A stretch of 64,000 bases of DNA, taken from the NCBI GenBank assembly GCA_964648865.1, contig CAZYLV010000002.1, positions 15,272-79,271 on the forward strand, read 5' to 3'. The position numbers were made by a program, and so were the translations under genes. A model generated the notes under the pieces. The model saw only the letters and a program-made list of their open reading frames with translations. It was not told the DNA's origin and did no database searches. The first letter of the stretch is position 1, and every line of letters starts with the position of its first letter. The stretch comes from an uncultured Gammaproteobacteria bacterium. Lineage in GTDB: Bacteria > Patescibacteriota > Patescibacteriia > 2-12-FULL-57-11. Below, piece by piece: positions 27,996-37,488 of the stretch.

Positions 27996-28957
27996 GCGTC
28001 TCGGGACGGCCCAAGGCCTGCATCAACATCAATTTCGATTCGCTGTTCTTCCCGCTGCCGGACGCCGCCCGGCGGACGCGCGACCCCTCCTACTTCTCGG
28101 TGGCGGACAGGTTCTTCGAGGCATCCGAGCGGCACGGCTTCCGCTACACGATGTTCGTCATCGGCCGCGACCTCGAGGATCCCGAGGTGGCTGCGCGCGT
28201 GCGCGAGTGGGCGGCAGCGGGGCATGAGATCGGCAACCACACCTGGAGCCACCATCCCAACTTCGGCGCCCTGCCGTCGGCGCGCGTCCAAGACGAGGTC
28301 CTGCGGTCGCATGAGATCATCGCCCGGGTGACGGGCAAGGAACCGCGCGGCTTCATCAGTCCGTCATGGAGCACCAGTCCGGAGGTCGCGTCGCTGCTTT
28401 CCCGCCAAGGGTACCTGTACGACACGTCGGTCTTCCCGTCGCCGCTGATCATCCCGGCCCTGCTCAAGCTGCAGCTCAATGCCCGCGATCATGGGTCCTT
28501 CGAGGCTGCGTGGATGCGTCGCCGCGACAAGAGCGTGCCATTCCGTGCGCCACGGACCCCCTACCGCATGGCCGAGGGTTCGCTGACGCGCGCGGCGCCC
28601 GAAGGCCTGTTGCAGTTGCCGCTCCCGACGGCGCCATTGCGCATCCCGTGTTGGCATACGATGGCCTTCTTCCTCGGCCCGCGCCTGCTGCGTCGCCTGA
28701 TCCGCTCTGCCGCACGCGGCACCGGGGCTTTCTACTATCTGGTGCACCCGGCCGACCTGGCGGATTGGGAGGGCGACCTTGCCCCGGACTTCCGGTCCGC
28801 CTACGGCAAGGAGTTGGCCGTCTTCGAGCGTCTGCGCGTGCCGCTGGCCCGTAAGCGCCTGCTTTTCGATGCCGCGCTCGCCGAGATCCGCTCCTTCGCC
28901 GACATCGTCACGCTCGAGGAGTTGGCCCGCGGCGTCCCGACCCTTCCTGCTCCATGA
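27992..28957 (+). CDS. Polysaccharide deacetylase (CE4 family)
   Basis: NINFDSL...RYTMFVIGRDLE...GHEIGNHTWSH, a CE4-like metal/catalytic motif arrangement. Confidence 0.7.
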   Translation: MSVSGRPKACININFDSLFFPLPDAARRTRDPSYFSVADRFFEASERHGFRYTMFVIGRDLEDPEVAARVREWAAAGHEIGNHTWSHHPNFGALPSARVQDEVLRSHEIIARVTGKEPRGFISPSWSTSPEVASLLSRQGYLYDTSVFPSPLIIPALLKLQLNARDHGSFEAAWMRRRDKSVPFRAPRTPYRMAEGSLTRAAPEGLLQLPLPTAPLRIPCWHTMAFFLGPRLLRRLIRSAARGTGAFYYLVHPADLADWEGDLAPDFRSAYGKELAVFERLRVPLARKRLLFDAALAEIRSFADIVTLEELARGVPTLPAP

Positions 28958-29703
28958 GGATCGCCGTCTTCACCACCGAGGACCACGTCTTCCTGCTCGA
29001 CGCCTGGCGGCGTCTGTTGCCGGATCTGGCGAGGGAACACGAAATCGTCGGCATCCGGACCTTCCCGGACGTGCTCAAGAACCTGCGGGGCGCGGCAATC
29101 CCGCTCTGGTACCTGCGGACCTTCGGTCCCATGACCGTGGCGCGCCTCGCCTGGCGTTCGGTGCGGGCGGGGCTTGCCGCGCGTGGCGGATACGGCGCGT
29201 TGGCCCGCACGCTCGGCGTCCCGCTTCTTCACGGCAAGGATCCGAACGACCCTGACGTCGTCTCTTGGGTCGAACGCGAGCGCGTCGACGTCGTGCTCAT
29301 CACCTTGGGGTACGTGCTCAAGGCGCCGCTGCTCAAAGCGGTCCGCGTCGCCGTGCTCAACAAGCACAGCGCGCTCCTGCCGGCGTACCGCGGCCTGCTG
29401 CCGGTGTTCTGGACGCTGTTGGACGGCACGGTGCCCGTCGGGGTGACCGTCCACCGCGTCGACGAGAAGATCGATCACGGCGAGCACCTCGTGCAGCGCG
29501 CCTATCCGGGGTTCCGCGGCAGCGTCTTCGACGCGTACGTCGCCATCTACCGCGACATGCCCGAACTCTTTGCCGAGGCCATAGCCGCGCTCGTGAGCGG
29601 CCGAAGGACCCTCGTTCCGCCGTCCGGCGTCTCGTGCTATAAGAGCCTTCCGACCCGGCCCGACGTACGCGCCTTCCGCGCCAAAGGACTCCGGTTCGTC
29701 TGA
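28954..29703 (+). CDS. Formyltransferase (Fmt/ArnA-N-like) family protein
   Basis: LNKHSALLPAYRGLLPVFWTLLDG...GVTVHRVDEKIDHGEHL is typical of the formyl_trans_N fold. Confidence 0.7.
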   Translation: MRIAVFTTEDHVFLLDAWRRLLPDLAREHEIVGIRTFPDVLKNLRGAAIPLWYLRTFGPMTVARLAWRSVRAGLAARGGYGALARTLGVPLLHGKDPNDPDVVSWVERERVDVVLITLGYVLKAPLLKAVRVAVLNKHSALLPAYRGLLPVFWTLLDGTVPVGVTVHRVDEKIDHGEHLVQRAYPGFRGSVFDAYVAIYRDMPELFAEAIAALVSGRRTLVPPSGVSCYKSLPTRPDVRAFRAKGLRFV

Positions 29704-29706
29704 GCC

Positions 29707-30348
29707 ATGTTCACGCCCACCGTCCAAGTGCAGAACGCCCATTACGGCGGCGCCTACGACCATAAGGCGCGGTGGTTGAATTACTGGTACCAGATCCGTG
29801 AGGTGCTGGCGGCCAAGCCGGCCACGGTGTTGGAGATCGGTCTCGGCGGCGGGCTGGTGGCGGCGTATCTGCGCGCACAGGGCATCACCGTGACGACGAT
29901 GGACATCGACCCGTCGCTCACGCCGGACGTCGTCGGCTCCATCACGGCCATCCCGCTGCCGGACGCCTCCTTCGACGTCGTCCTCGCCGCCGAGGTCATC
30001 GAGCACATCCCGTTCGAGGAGGTGACGACGGCGCTCACGGAGATGGCGCGCGTCTCCAAAAAGACGGTCGTCGTCTCGACGCCGGACAGCCGCAGGACGT
30101 TGCTGTCGTTCGATGCCAAGCTGCCGTTCCTGCCGGCGGTGCGGCTGTTCCTCAAGGTCCCGTCGCTGCGCCGCCACGCCTTCGACGGCCAGCACTATTG
30201 GGAGATGGGCAAGCGCGGCTATCCGTACCGCCGCTTGGCCGCGGCTGCGGCCGTCGCCGGGCTCGTGGTGGAACGCCATTTCGTCCCCCAGGATTGCCCC
30301 ACCAAACACGTCCTCCGTTTCCGCAAGACGGCCGCCGCCCATGCCTGA
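29707..30348 (+). CDS. Class I SAM-dependent methyltransferase
   Basis: VLEIGLGGGLVAAYL motif I, FDVVLAAEVIEHIP. Confidence 0.7.
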   Translation: MFTPTVQVQNAHYGGAYDHKARWLNYWYQIREVLAAKPATVLEIGLGGGLVAAYLRAQGITVTTMDIDPSLTPDVVGSITAIPLPDASFDVVLAAEVIEHIPFEEVTTALTEMARVSKKTVVVSTPDSRRTLLSFDAKLPFLPAVRLFLKVPSLRRHAFDGQHYWEMGKRGYPYRRLAAAAAVAGLVVERHFVPQDCPTKHVLRFRKTAAAHA

Positions 30349-31483
30349 GCTGCTCTACGTCGCCAACATGCGCCTGCCGTCCGAGAAGGCGCACAGCGTC
30401 CACGTCATGGAGATGTGCGCGGCTCTCGCCGACGAGGGGCTGACGGTGTCGCTGCTCGTGCCGACCCGCAGGACCGCCGTCATCGCCGAGGACGTCCACG
30501 GGCATTACGGCGTCCCCAAGAGTTTCGGCATCGTGCGGTGCCCGAGCCTCGATGCCTTCCGCGTGGCCTGGCTGCCGCGCCGCATCGCATTCGCGATCCA
30601 TGCCTGGACCTTCGCCCGCGCCGTGGCCGCGGAAGCCGCACGACATCCGAAGGACGCGCTCATCCTCTCGCGCGACGCCTACGTCGCCGCGCGGCTGGCG
30701 CGGCAGGGGAGGCGGGTGGCCTTCGAGGTGCACGACCTGCCCGGTCCGCGCGCCGCGCGTCTCCTGCGCACGATCCCGAAGATCGTGGTCACGAACGACC
30801 TCAAGCGGCAGCGGCTCGTCGCCGACGTCGGCATCCCCGCGGAGCGCATCCTCGTGGCGCCCAACGCCGTGGATGCCGCACGCTTCCGCGCGGATCCCGC
30901 GGCCGGTGCACGCTTCCGCGAGGAGCTCGGGATCGCCGTCGGGCGTCCGCTCGTGCTCTATACCGGACATCTCTACGCCTGGAAGGGCGTGGAGACCCTC
31001 GCTCGCGCCGCGGCCATGGTGCGCGCCGGACATCCGGACGCGAAGGTCGTCTTCGTCGGCGGAAGCCCGGGGGAGCAGGCGGCCTTCCGTGGCTTCCTGG
31101 AGCGCGAGGGCCTCGTGCCGCATGTGCGTCTCGTTCCGCACCGGCCGCACGCCGACATTCCGGGCATCCTGGCCGCTGCTGACGTCCTGGTGCTGCCGAC
31201 ATCCGGCCGGGAGCGCATGGGCGCCATCGAGACGTCGCCTCTCAAGGCCTTCGAGTACCTTGCCTCCGGCAAACCGATCGTCGCCTCTGATCTGCCCTCC
31301 TCGCACGAGGCGTTCGGGGAGGCCGGCCAGGTCGCGTATTTCGCATCTGACGATCCGCGGGACTGCGCCCGCGCCATCGGTGCGGCGATCGCGGCGTCTC
31401 CGTCGACAGCCGCACCTGAACCTGCTCCCCAGTGGACATGGCGGCGCCGTGCGCATACAATCGTCGCGTTCCTCCGGCTATGA
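30341..31483 (+). CDS. GT4-family glycosyltransferase
   Basis: VLVLPTSGRERMGAIETSPLKAFEYLASGKPIVASDLP C-terminal GT4 motif. Confidence 0.8.
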   Translation: MPELLYVANMRLPSEKAHSVHVMEMCAALADEGLTVSLLVPTRRTAVIAEDVHGHYGVPKSFGIVRCPSLDAFRVAWLPRRIAFAIHAWTFARAVAAEAARHPKDALILSRDAYVAARLARQGRRVAFEVHDLPGPRAARLLRTIPKIVVTNDLKRQRLVADVGIPAERILVAPNAVDAARFRADPAAGARFREELGIAVGRPLVLYTGHLYAWKGVETLARAAAMVRAGHPDAKVVFVGGSPGEQAAFRGFLEREGLVPHVRLVPHRPHADIPGILAAADVLVLPTSGRERMGAIETSPLKAFEYLASGKPIVASDLPSSHEAFGEAGQVAYFASDDPRDCARAIGAAIAASPSTAAPEPAPQWTWRRRAHTIVAFLRL

Positions 31484-32451
31484 ACGCATCCATGGAGCGC
31501 GTCCGGTGCGCCGTCTGCGACGTCGACGATACCGCCGTCGTCGCCACCAAAGGCGACCTCACCGCCGACATGACCAACGTCGTCTGCCGCCGATGCGGTT
31601 TGGTGTACCTCAATCCGCGTCCGACCGAGGCCGCGTACGACGCCTTCCACGTCGAGGACTTCCTGGTGCAGCGCCACGGCATCAGTTCCACGGCGGACGT
31701 CGCCTACAAGGTGAAGGGGAGCGAGTTGACGATGAAGTCCGCGGTCCGCGATTTCCTGCGGCCGTCGTTCCGGCCGGGCATGCGCGTGCTCGACGTGGGA
31801 TGCGGCATCGGCACGCTGCTGCACCTCATCCGGCAGGAGGTGCCGGATGCCACGGTCCAAGGCATCGAGCTTGCGACGGTCGATGTCGAAGCCGCCAAGT
31901 CCTTCTACGGCCTGGATCTCTTCACCGGGAGCCTGGAGCAGTATGCCGCCGCGCATCCCGAGGACCGGTTCGATCTCATCATCCTCCACCACACCTTCGA
32001 GCATCTCCCGGCGCCGCGCGCCGCGCTGCGCACCATGGAGCGGCTGCTGGCGCCGCGCGGGGAGCTGTTCATCGCCGTGCCGAACGTCATGAACATCCGC
32101 AAACGACCGGAGATCTTCTTCCAGATCGCGCATCCCTACAGCTACTCCCCGGCCACGTTGCGGAAACTCCTGGCGCTCGAAGGGTTCGCTCCGGTGCGCT
32201 ACAACCGGCGCGGTGCCTACCCCGGCGGCATGGAAGTGCTTTCCCGCCGCACCGCCGAGGCCGAGCGGCCGTTGCCGCCCGAGGCCATGCGTGAGGGCGA
32301 CACCGCGGCCGCGGTGCTGCGCCACGTGCGCCTGTCGCGCGTCCGCTTCGCGGCGCTCCGCACCTTGCGCGACGTCTCGCTGTTCCTGTTGCCCAAGCGG
32401 CTGCGCTACAAGGTCGGCACGGCCGTGAGCACGAAGCTCAAGCGCCTATGA
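31480..32451 (+). CDS. Zn-ribbon + class I SAM-dependent methyltransferase (paralog family A, member 1)
   Basis: N-terminal C-x2-C...C-x2-C (RCAVCD...CRRCGL) then VLDVGCGIGTL...LILHHTFEHLP. Paralogous to 43765-44691. Confidence 0.75.
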   Translation: MNASMERVRCAVCDVDDTAVVATKGDLTADMTNVVCRRCGLVYLNPRPTEAAYDAFHVEDFLVQRHGISSTADVAYKVKGSELTMKSAVRDFLRPSFRPGMRVLDVGCGIGTLLHLIRQEVPDATVQGIELATVDVEAAKSFYGLDLFTGSLEQYAAAHPEDRFDLIILHHTFEHLPAPRAALRTMERLLAPRGELFIAVPNVMNIRKRPEIFFQIAHPYSYSPATLRKLLALEGFAPVRYNRRGAYPGGMEVLSRRTAEAERPLPPEAMREGDTAAAVLRHVRLSRVRFAALRTLRDVSLFLLPKRLRYKVGTAVSTKLKRL

Positions 32452-34271
32452 AGATGCCGTGGTGGGTCGTCGCGCTCGGCGCCGTCGCCGCGACCATGCT
32501 CTTCAACCTCACCCAGATCCTGGTGCTCATCGAGGTGCTGCGGCAGGGCGGGGCCTACAACTACTTCACGTTCCTGGGGCCGGACGCGATGGTCAACCTC
32601 GCGCCGATGCTGCGCGACGTGCTTGATGGCCATCTGCGCATCGCCGACGGCCGCGTCCTCGAGCATGTGCACCTGCCGAGCCTGTGGTCGAACGTGACCC
32701 CGTACCTCGTGGCCCCGTTCATCCTCGCCGCGCGCTCGGTGCCCTACGGATTGTTCGTCGGCCGCATCGTGGTGGTCCTGGTCTCCTTCCCGCTGGCGTA
32801 CCTCATCGCCCGGCGGCTGGTCGGCGACGCACGTTGGGCGATGGCGTACGCGTTGCTCTTCTTCGGGCCGACCTTCCTGGGGCTCTACGCGTTCCCTGTC
32901 TCGCGCGAGGGGATCGGGATCCTCTTCCATGCGATCGTGCCGTTCGTCGAGCCGGCGCATGGGGTGCTGCTGAGCAAGTACAACAGCTTCTCCGTCCTGC
33001 CGACGCTCCCGATCTTCCTCGCCGTGACGCTCTTCCTGCTCGTCTGGCTCCAGGAGAAGAAGCGTTGGGCCGCGGCCGCCGCCGGACTCTCCCTCGGGCT
33101 CCTGCTTTCGACCTACGCCACGAGCGCCATCTATCTCGGTGCGGCGATCGGCATGCTCTTCGTCGGCGCGCTCGTCCGGCGTGCCTGGCGGGACGTACGG
33201 CACCTGCTGCTCCTCGGTCTGGCCGCGTTGCCGACCGGCGCCTACTTCATCGTCAACTACTTCACCATCCGCGCGCTGCCGCACGCCGCGGAGTTCTACG
33301 ATCGGCTGAGCGGCGACATCACGCATGCCTTCCGCTGGAGCGCCTGGCCGGAATACGCGGTGTACGCCGCGCTGGCCGCGGCGGTCGTCTGGGCCGCGCG
33401 GCGCGCGAAGGCGGTCGAGGCAGGGCGGCTCGTCGCGGCGCTGCTCCTCTCCGGCATCGTGGTCTGGAACATCCAGGTCCTGACCGGCTACAACCCGGCG
33501 CCGCCGGTCTGGCGCATCCACCAGATCTTCTTCGGGATGGGCCTGGCGGCGTTCTTCCTCGCGCATCGCCTGGTGGCGGAACTGCGGCAGCGGCGGGCGG
33601 CATGGGGGAAGGCCGCTGTCGCGGTCCTGCTGCTCATCGCCACGAGCGCCACCGTCCAGGTGGTCCGCGCGGAGGTCTCGCTGGCGCGCGACCAGGCGCC
33701 GCGTGCGGCCGTCCCGTCGGCGCTCGAGGCCTCGTTCGTCTGGATCGACGGGCACGCGCCGCGCGACGCCGTCTTCGCCAGCCCCTCGCTCGTCTCCGAC
33801 GCCCTCCTGCCGATGCGCACCCACGCCCGCGTGGTCATGCCGCGGGCCATCACCTCGCCCGCCCCGCAGGAGGAGATCCTGGACCGCTGGCTCGCCACGT
33901 ACGCGCTGTTCGACGCGCCCGTGGAGCGGTTCGAGGCGGCCCTGCGCGGCGATGTCGAGGCGGACGACCCGTACGCCTTCAACGCGGAGAACGGGTTGCC
34001 GATCCAGCTCTACGAGTACGCCTTTTTCCCGCACGACCTGGATTACTTCCGCACGCCGCGCAAGAAGGCCATCCCCGAGGACGTCATCCGGACGTTGCTC
34101 GAACGGTATCGGGCGTATCCCCGCGACCTTTCCGCCATCGCCGGGAAGTACCGGCTCGACTACCTCTACGTCGGTCCGTACGAGGAGCGTTTCGCCGGAC
34201 GCGACTTCGACGCCGAGCCGGGCCTGACCAAGGTCTATGATGCGGACGGCGTGCGCATCTACGGCCTATGA
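32448..34271 (+). CDS. Large polytopic membrane protein, putative GT-C-type glycosyltransferase / polymerase
   Basis: About 10 predicted TM helices in the first ~380 aa, then a ~200-aa soluble C-domain. No named motif recognised. Context: two DPM1-like lipid-sugar synthases in the locus. Confidence 0.4.
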   Translation: MKMPWWVVALGAVAATMLFNLTQILVLIEVLRQGGAYNYFTFLGPDAMVNLAPMLRDVLDGHLRIADGRVLEHVHLPSLWSNVTPYLVAPFILAARSVPYGLFVGRIVVVLVSFPLAYLIARRLVGDARWAMAYALLFFGPTFLGLYAFPVSREGIGILFHAIVPFVEPAHGVLLSKYNSFSVLPTLPIFLAVTLFLLVWLQEKKRWAAAAAGLSLGLLLSTYATSAIYLGAAIGMLFVGALVRRAWRDVRHLLLLGLAALPTGAYFIVNYFTIRALPHAAEFYDRLSGDITHAFRWSAWPEYAVYAALAAAVVWAARRAKAVEAGRLVAALLLSGIVVWNIQVLTGYNPAPPVWRIHQIFFGMGLAAFFLAHRLVAELRQRRAAWGKAAVAVLLLIATSATVQVVRAEVSLARDQAPRAAVPSALEASFVWIDGHAPRDAVFASPSLVSDALLPMRTHARVVMPRAITSPAPQEEILDRWLATYALFDAPVERFEAALRGDVEADDPYAFNAENGLPIQLYEYAFFPHDLDYFRTPRKKAIPEDVIRTLLERYRAYPRDLSAIAGKYRLDYLYVGPYEERFAGRDFDAEPGLTKVYDADGVRIYGL

Positions 34272-35788
34272 CGCCCCGCCTGCTGGTCTTCTTCGTGGAT
34301 GGCGGGACATGGACGCTGCTCAAGCCCTGGATGGAGCAGGGGAAGCTTCCGGCGTTCGCGCGTCTCGCGCGGGACGGGGCGACGGCGACGCTCGAGAGCG
34401 TCATCCCCACCGAGACGAGCTATGCGACGGCGGCCTTCGCGCTCGGCAAGCATCCGGCGGCGCTCGGCGCCTTCGCCCCGGGGTCGCGCGGCTTGATCCC
34501 GGCGACCTCCGAGGGTTTCTCGGGCACACGTCTCTGGGAGGCGCTCGGCGAGGCCGGTCACCGCACGCTCGTCATGGACTTCCCGGGCACCTGGCCGCCG
34601 CGAACGGTGAACGGCGTCTTGTTCACCGGCTTCTTCACTCCCGAGGACGCCGAGGACCACATCGTCCCGCCGGAGATCCGTGCGCGGTATCCCGACTATC
34701 CGCGCGGGGGGAGCGAACTCGTCCGCATGCTCGACCAAGGGAAGGATGCGTTGCGTGACAAGGTCTTCGAGGTCACGCGTCGGCGCTTCGCCGCGTTCCG
34801 GGATGCCTGCCGGCGGGAGCCGTACGCCTTCGCCTGCTTCTACGTGAAGGGGACGGACCTGCTCCAGCACTATTTCTGGGACGATCCGGCGACGCTGCTG
34901 GATTACTGGACGGCCGTCGACGGCATGCTGGCTGAGGCGCTAGCGGACGGCTGGACGCACGTCCTGGTGGCCTCGGACCACGGCTTCGACGCGGCCCCCC
35001 GCACGACGTTCTCCACCAACCGCTGGTTGGCCGACGAGGGCTTCCTGCGCCTCACGGCGCGCTCCGGCGCGGGCGGCGCGGTCCGGCGGTTCCTTGCCGC
35101 GCATCCCGGTCTGGCGCGTGCCTACTACCAAGCCCGGCATCGCCTGGTCGGGTCGCGTCCGGCCGCGCGGACCGCCGTGGCCGCCGACCATCTGGTGGAG
35201 AAGGCCGAAGGCAGCGGCACGGTCAGCAAGGACGTCGACGTCGCCAAGAGCGCGGCCTACGCGCCCGGCGGCGCCCTCAACGGCAAGGGCATCTATCTCA
35301 ACCGCACGGCCACGCCACCCGGGTCGTCGGCGTACGACGAGCTGCGGGAGCGCATCATGGCACGCCTGGCCGCGGTGCGTCTCGGCGATGCTCCGGCGTT
35401 CCGCGCCGTGCTGCGCGGCGAAGATGCCTATCCGGGCACCGAGCCGGCCGCCATCCCGGATATCGTGCTGCAGCCGGTACCCGGACTGTTCGTCGAGGCG
35501 CGGGTCGGTCGGGCGGCCATCGGTCCGCGGGAGACCCGCAGTCGGGCGCTCGGTCATCACCTCGCGTCGCCGGACGGGATCCTCATCTGCCGCGGGCCCG
35601 ACATCGCTCCGGGGGAGCGGGGGACCGTCTCCATCCTCGATATGTACCCGACCGTCCTGGCCTGGTACGGTGTCGGCGGACCTGCCGATCTCTCCGGCGC
35701 GGCCGTGCCCTCGCTGCTCGGGCGTGCTCACGTGTCCGCGGCCGATGACGCCGCCGCGCGTCGGGCGATCGGCGAACTGGACCTCTGA
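34268..35788 (+). CDS. Alkaline-phosphatase superfamily protein (type I phosphodiesterase/nucleotide pyrophosphatase / sulfatase-like), paralog 1
   Basis: LLVFFVDGGTW N-terminal metal-site motif and VLVASDHGFD (SDHG). Confidence 0.65.
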   Translation: MTPRLLVFFVDGGTWTLLKPWMEQGKLPAFARLARDGATATLESVIPTETSYATAAFALGKHPAALGAFAPGSRGLIPATSEGFSGTRLWEALGEAGHRTLVMDFPGTWPPRTVNGVLFTGFFTPEDAEDHIVPPEIRARYPDYPRGGSELVRMLDQGKDALRDKVFEVTRRRFAAFRDACRREPYAFACFYVKGTDLLQHYFWDDPATLLDYWTAVDGMLAEALADGWTHVLVASDHGFDAAPRTTFSTNRWLADEGFLRLTARSGAGGAVRRFLAAHPGLARAYYQARHRLVGSRPAARTAVAADHLVEKAEGSGTVSKDVDVAKSAAYAPGGALNGKGIYLNRTATPPGSSAYDELRERIMARLAAVRLGDAPAFRAVLRGEDAYPGTEPAAIPDIVLQPVPGLFVEARVGRAAIGPRETRSRALGHHLASPDGILICRGPDIAPGERGTVSILDMYPTVLAWYGVGGPADLSGAAVPSLLGRAHVSAADDAAARRAIGELDL

Positions 35789-35789
35789 T

Positions 35790-37181
35790 ATGCCCCGTGT
35801 CTTTTTCTTCGGCGTCGACGGCATGCCTCCGCAATGGGTGCTCGACCGCTGGCTGCCGGAGCTCCCGACCTTCAAGCGCCTGGCCGACGCCGGATGCAGC
35901 GGCCGCATCATGAGCACCGTGCCGCCGACGTCCATCGCCGCCTGGACGTCGATCTTCTCCGGCTGCGACCCGGGGCGCCACGGCATCACCGGCTACGTGC
36001 GGCGTCCGCATCCGCCGTCGGTCGAGATGGGGCTCGTCGACGCCACCGACGTGCGCGTGCCGCGGCTCTGGGACGTGCTCACCGCCCAGGGCAAGCGGTC
36101 CATCGTGCTCAACGTGCCGATGACCTATCCCGTGAGGCCGTTCGAAGGCGTGATGGTCAGCGACTTCCTGACACCCGGCTTCGACGGCCCGAGCGTGCAT
36201 CCCGAGTCCTTCAAGAAGGACATCGTGGACCTGCTGGGACACCCGTACAGCTTCGACGTCTCGGAGTTCGGCGGCTACCGGCGCCTGACCAGCGAGGAGC
36301 TCGTGGAGCGCGTCTTCGCCATGACCGATGAGCATGTGCGTCTGGCAGAGCGGCTGCTCGACGGGCCATGGGACCTTTTCGTCTGGGCGACGCTCGGCAG
36401 CGATCGCCTGCACCACACGCTCTGGCGCTACCTGGATCCGAGCCATCCCCAGCACGAGCGGCACCCGGTCTTCTCCTCGGCCATCCTCGACTACTACAAG
36501 AAGCTCGATGGCGTGCTTGCGCGGATGCTCGAACGCCTGACGCCGGAGACCACGGTCATCATCTCTTCCGACCACGGCATGGCCACGATGCACGGCCGCG
36601 TCAACCTCAACGACTGGCTGTTGCGCGAGGGGTACCTCGTGCTCAAGGACGACTTCGCCGCCGAGGTGCGCGAGGGGCCGAAGAAGCTCGCCCTCTCCCG
36701 GGTCGATTGGGACCGCACCCGGGCCTTCGGGTTGGGCGCGTATGAGGCGCTCCTCTATCTGCATCCGGAGAAGAAGGACCAGGACCCCGCGGCCTACGAC
36801 GCGCTGTTCGCCGAGATCGCCGAGGGGATCGCCGCCATCCCCGGTCCGGACGGGCGCAGGTTGGAGACGGTGGTGCATCGGCTCGACCGCCTCTACGGCG
36901 ACGCCGCGCTTGCCGAGGCGCCGGACGGCGTGGTCTACTTCGATGGGCTGGCCATGGGAGCCAATTGCGACGTCGGCAACAACGGGCTCCACTCCTGGGC
37001 CAATACGGTCGGGCCGGACGACGGCCTGCATGCGCCGGAGGGGACCCTCATCATGAGCGGTCGCGGCGTGCCGCAGCGCGACGGCGTGCGTTGCTCCGTG
37101 ACCGACCTGGCACCGACCATCCTCCGGCTGCTCGATTGTCCCGTGCCAGAGCATATGACCGGCAAGGACATCCTGGTATGA
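35790..37181 (+). CDS. Alkaline-phosphatase superfamily protein (type I phosphodiesterase-like), paralog 2
   Basis: VFFFGVDGMPPQW, TVIISSDHGMA. Paralogous to 34268-35788. Confidence 0.65.
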   Translation: MPRVFFFGVDGMPPQWVLDRWLPELPTFKRLADAGCSGRIMSTVPPTSIAAWTSIFSGCDPGRHGITGYVRRPHPPSVEMGLVDATDVRVPRLWDVLTAQGKRSIVLNVPMTYPVRPFEGVMVSDFLTPGFDGPSVHPESFKKDIVDLLGHPYSFDVSEFGGYRRLTSEELVERVFAMTDEHVRLAERLLDGPWDLFVWATLGSDRLHHTLWRYLDPSHPQHERHPVFSSAILDYYKKLDGVLARMLERLTPETTVIISSDHGMATMHGRVNLNDWLLREGYLVLKDDFAAEVREGPKKLALSRVDWDRTRAFGLGAYEALLYLHPEKKDQDPAAYDALFAEIAEGIAAIPGPDGRRLETVVHRLDRLYGDAALAEAPDGVVYFDGLAMGANCDVGNNGLHSWANTVGPDDGLHAPEGTLIMSGRGVPQRDGVRCSVTDLAPTILRLLDCPVPEHMTGKDILV

Positions 37182-37402
37182 CCGACAAAGCCAAACGCAA
37201 GTTCACCTCGGTCTCCATCCCGACGTTCCTCTTCGAGAAGATCAAGGAGCGGATGGGGAGGAGCGGCTTCCCGTCGGTCTCGAGCTACGTGGCCTACGTG
37301 TTGCGGGAAGTGCTCACCGACTCCCAGCCGGACGCCGCTTTGACTCGGGACAATGCAGAAAAAGTCAAGGAGCGGCTACGCTCCTTGGGCTATATCGACT
37401 AG
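37178..37402 (+). CDS. Small ribbon-helix-helix (CopG/Arc-like) DNA-binding protein, paralog 1
   Basis: 74 aa. KFTSVSIPTFLFEKIKERMGRSGFPSVSSYVAYVLREVL fits a beta-strand + two helices RHH pattern. The C-terminal tail ...KERLRSLGYID is shared with 43493-43708. Confidence 0.55.
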   Translation: MTDKAKRKFTSVSIPTFLFEKIKERMGRSGFPSVSSYVAYVLREVLTDSQPDAALTRDNAEKVKERLRSLGYID

Positions 37403-37417
37403 TTTTCCACAGAGAGG

Positions 37418-37446
37418 AGACCCTGCCGCTTGGCAGGGTCTTTTGG
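37418..37446 (+). terminator. Rho-independent terminator
   Basis: AGACCCTGCC-GCTT-GGCAGGGTCT stem-loop followed by TTTTGG. Confidence 0.6.
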
Positions 37447-37450
37447 CTAT

Positions 37451-37488
37451 GTCATCATATGTAATGATTAGTAATTACGGGTAATGAG
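37451..37488 (+). promoter_or_regulatory. AT-rich island with three GTAAT repeats at 10-bp phasing (candidate operator/promoter of the phosphonate module)
   Basis: GTCATCATAT GTAATGATTA GTAATTACGG GTAATGAG directly abuts the start codon at 37489. The local AT content is far above the ~70% GC background. Confidence 0.35.
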
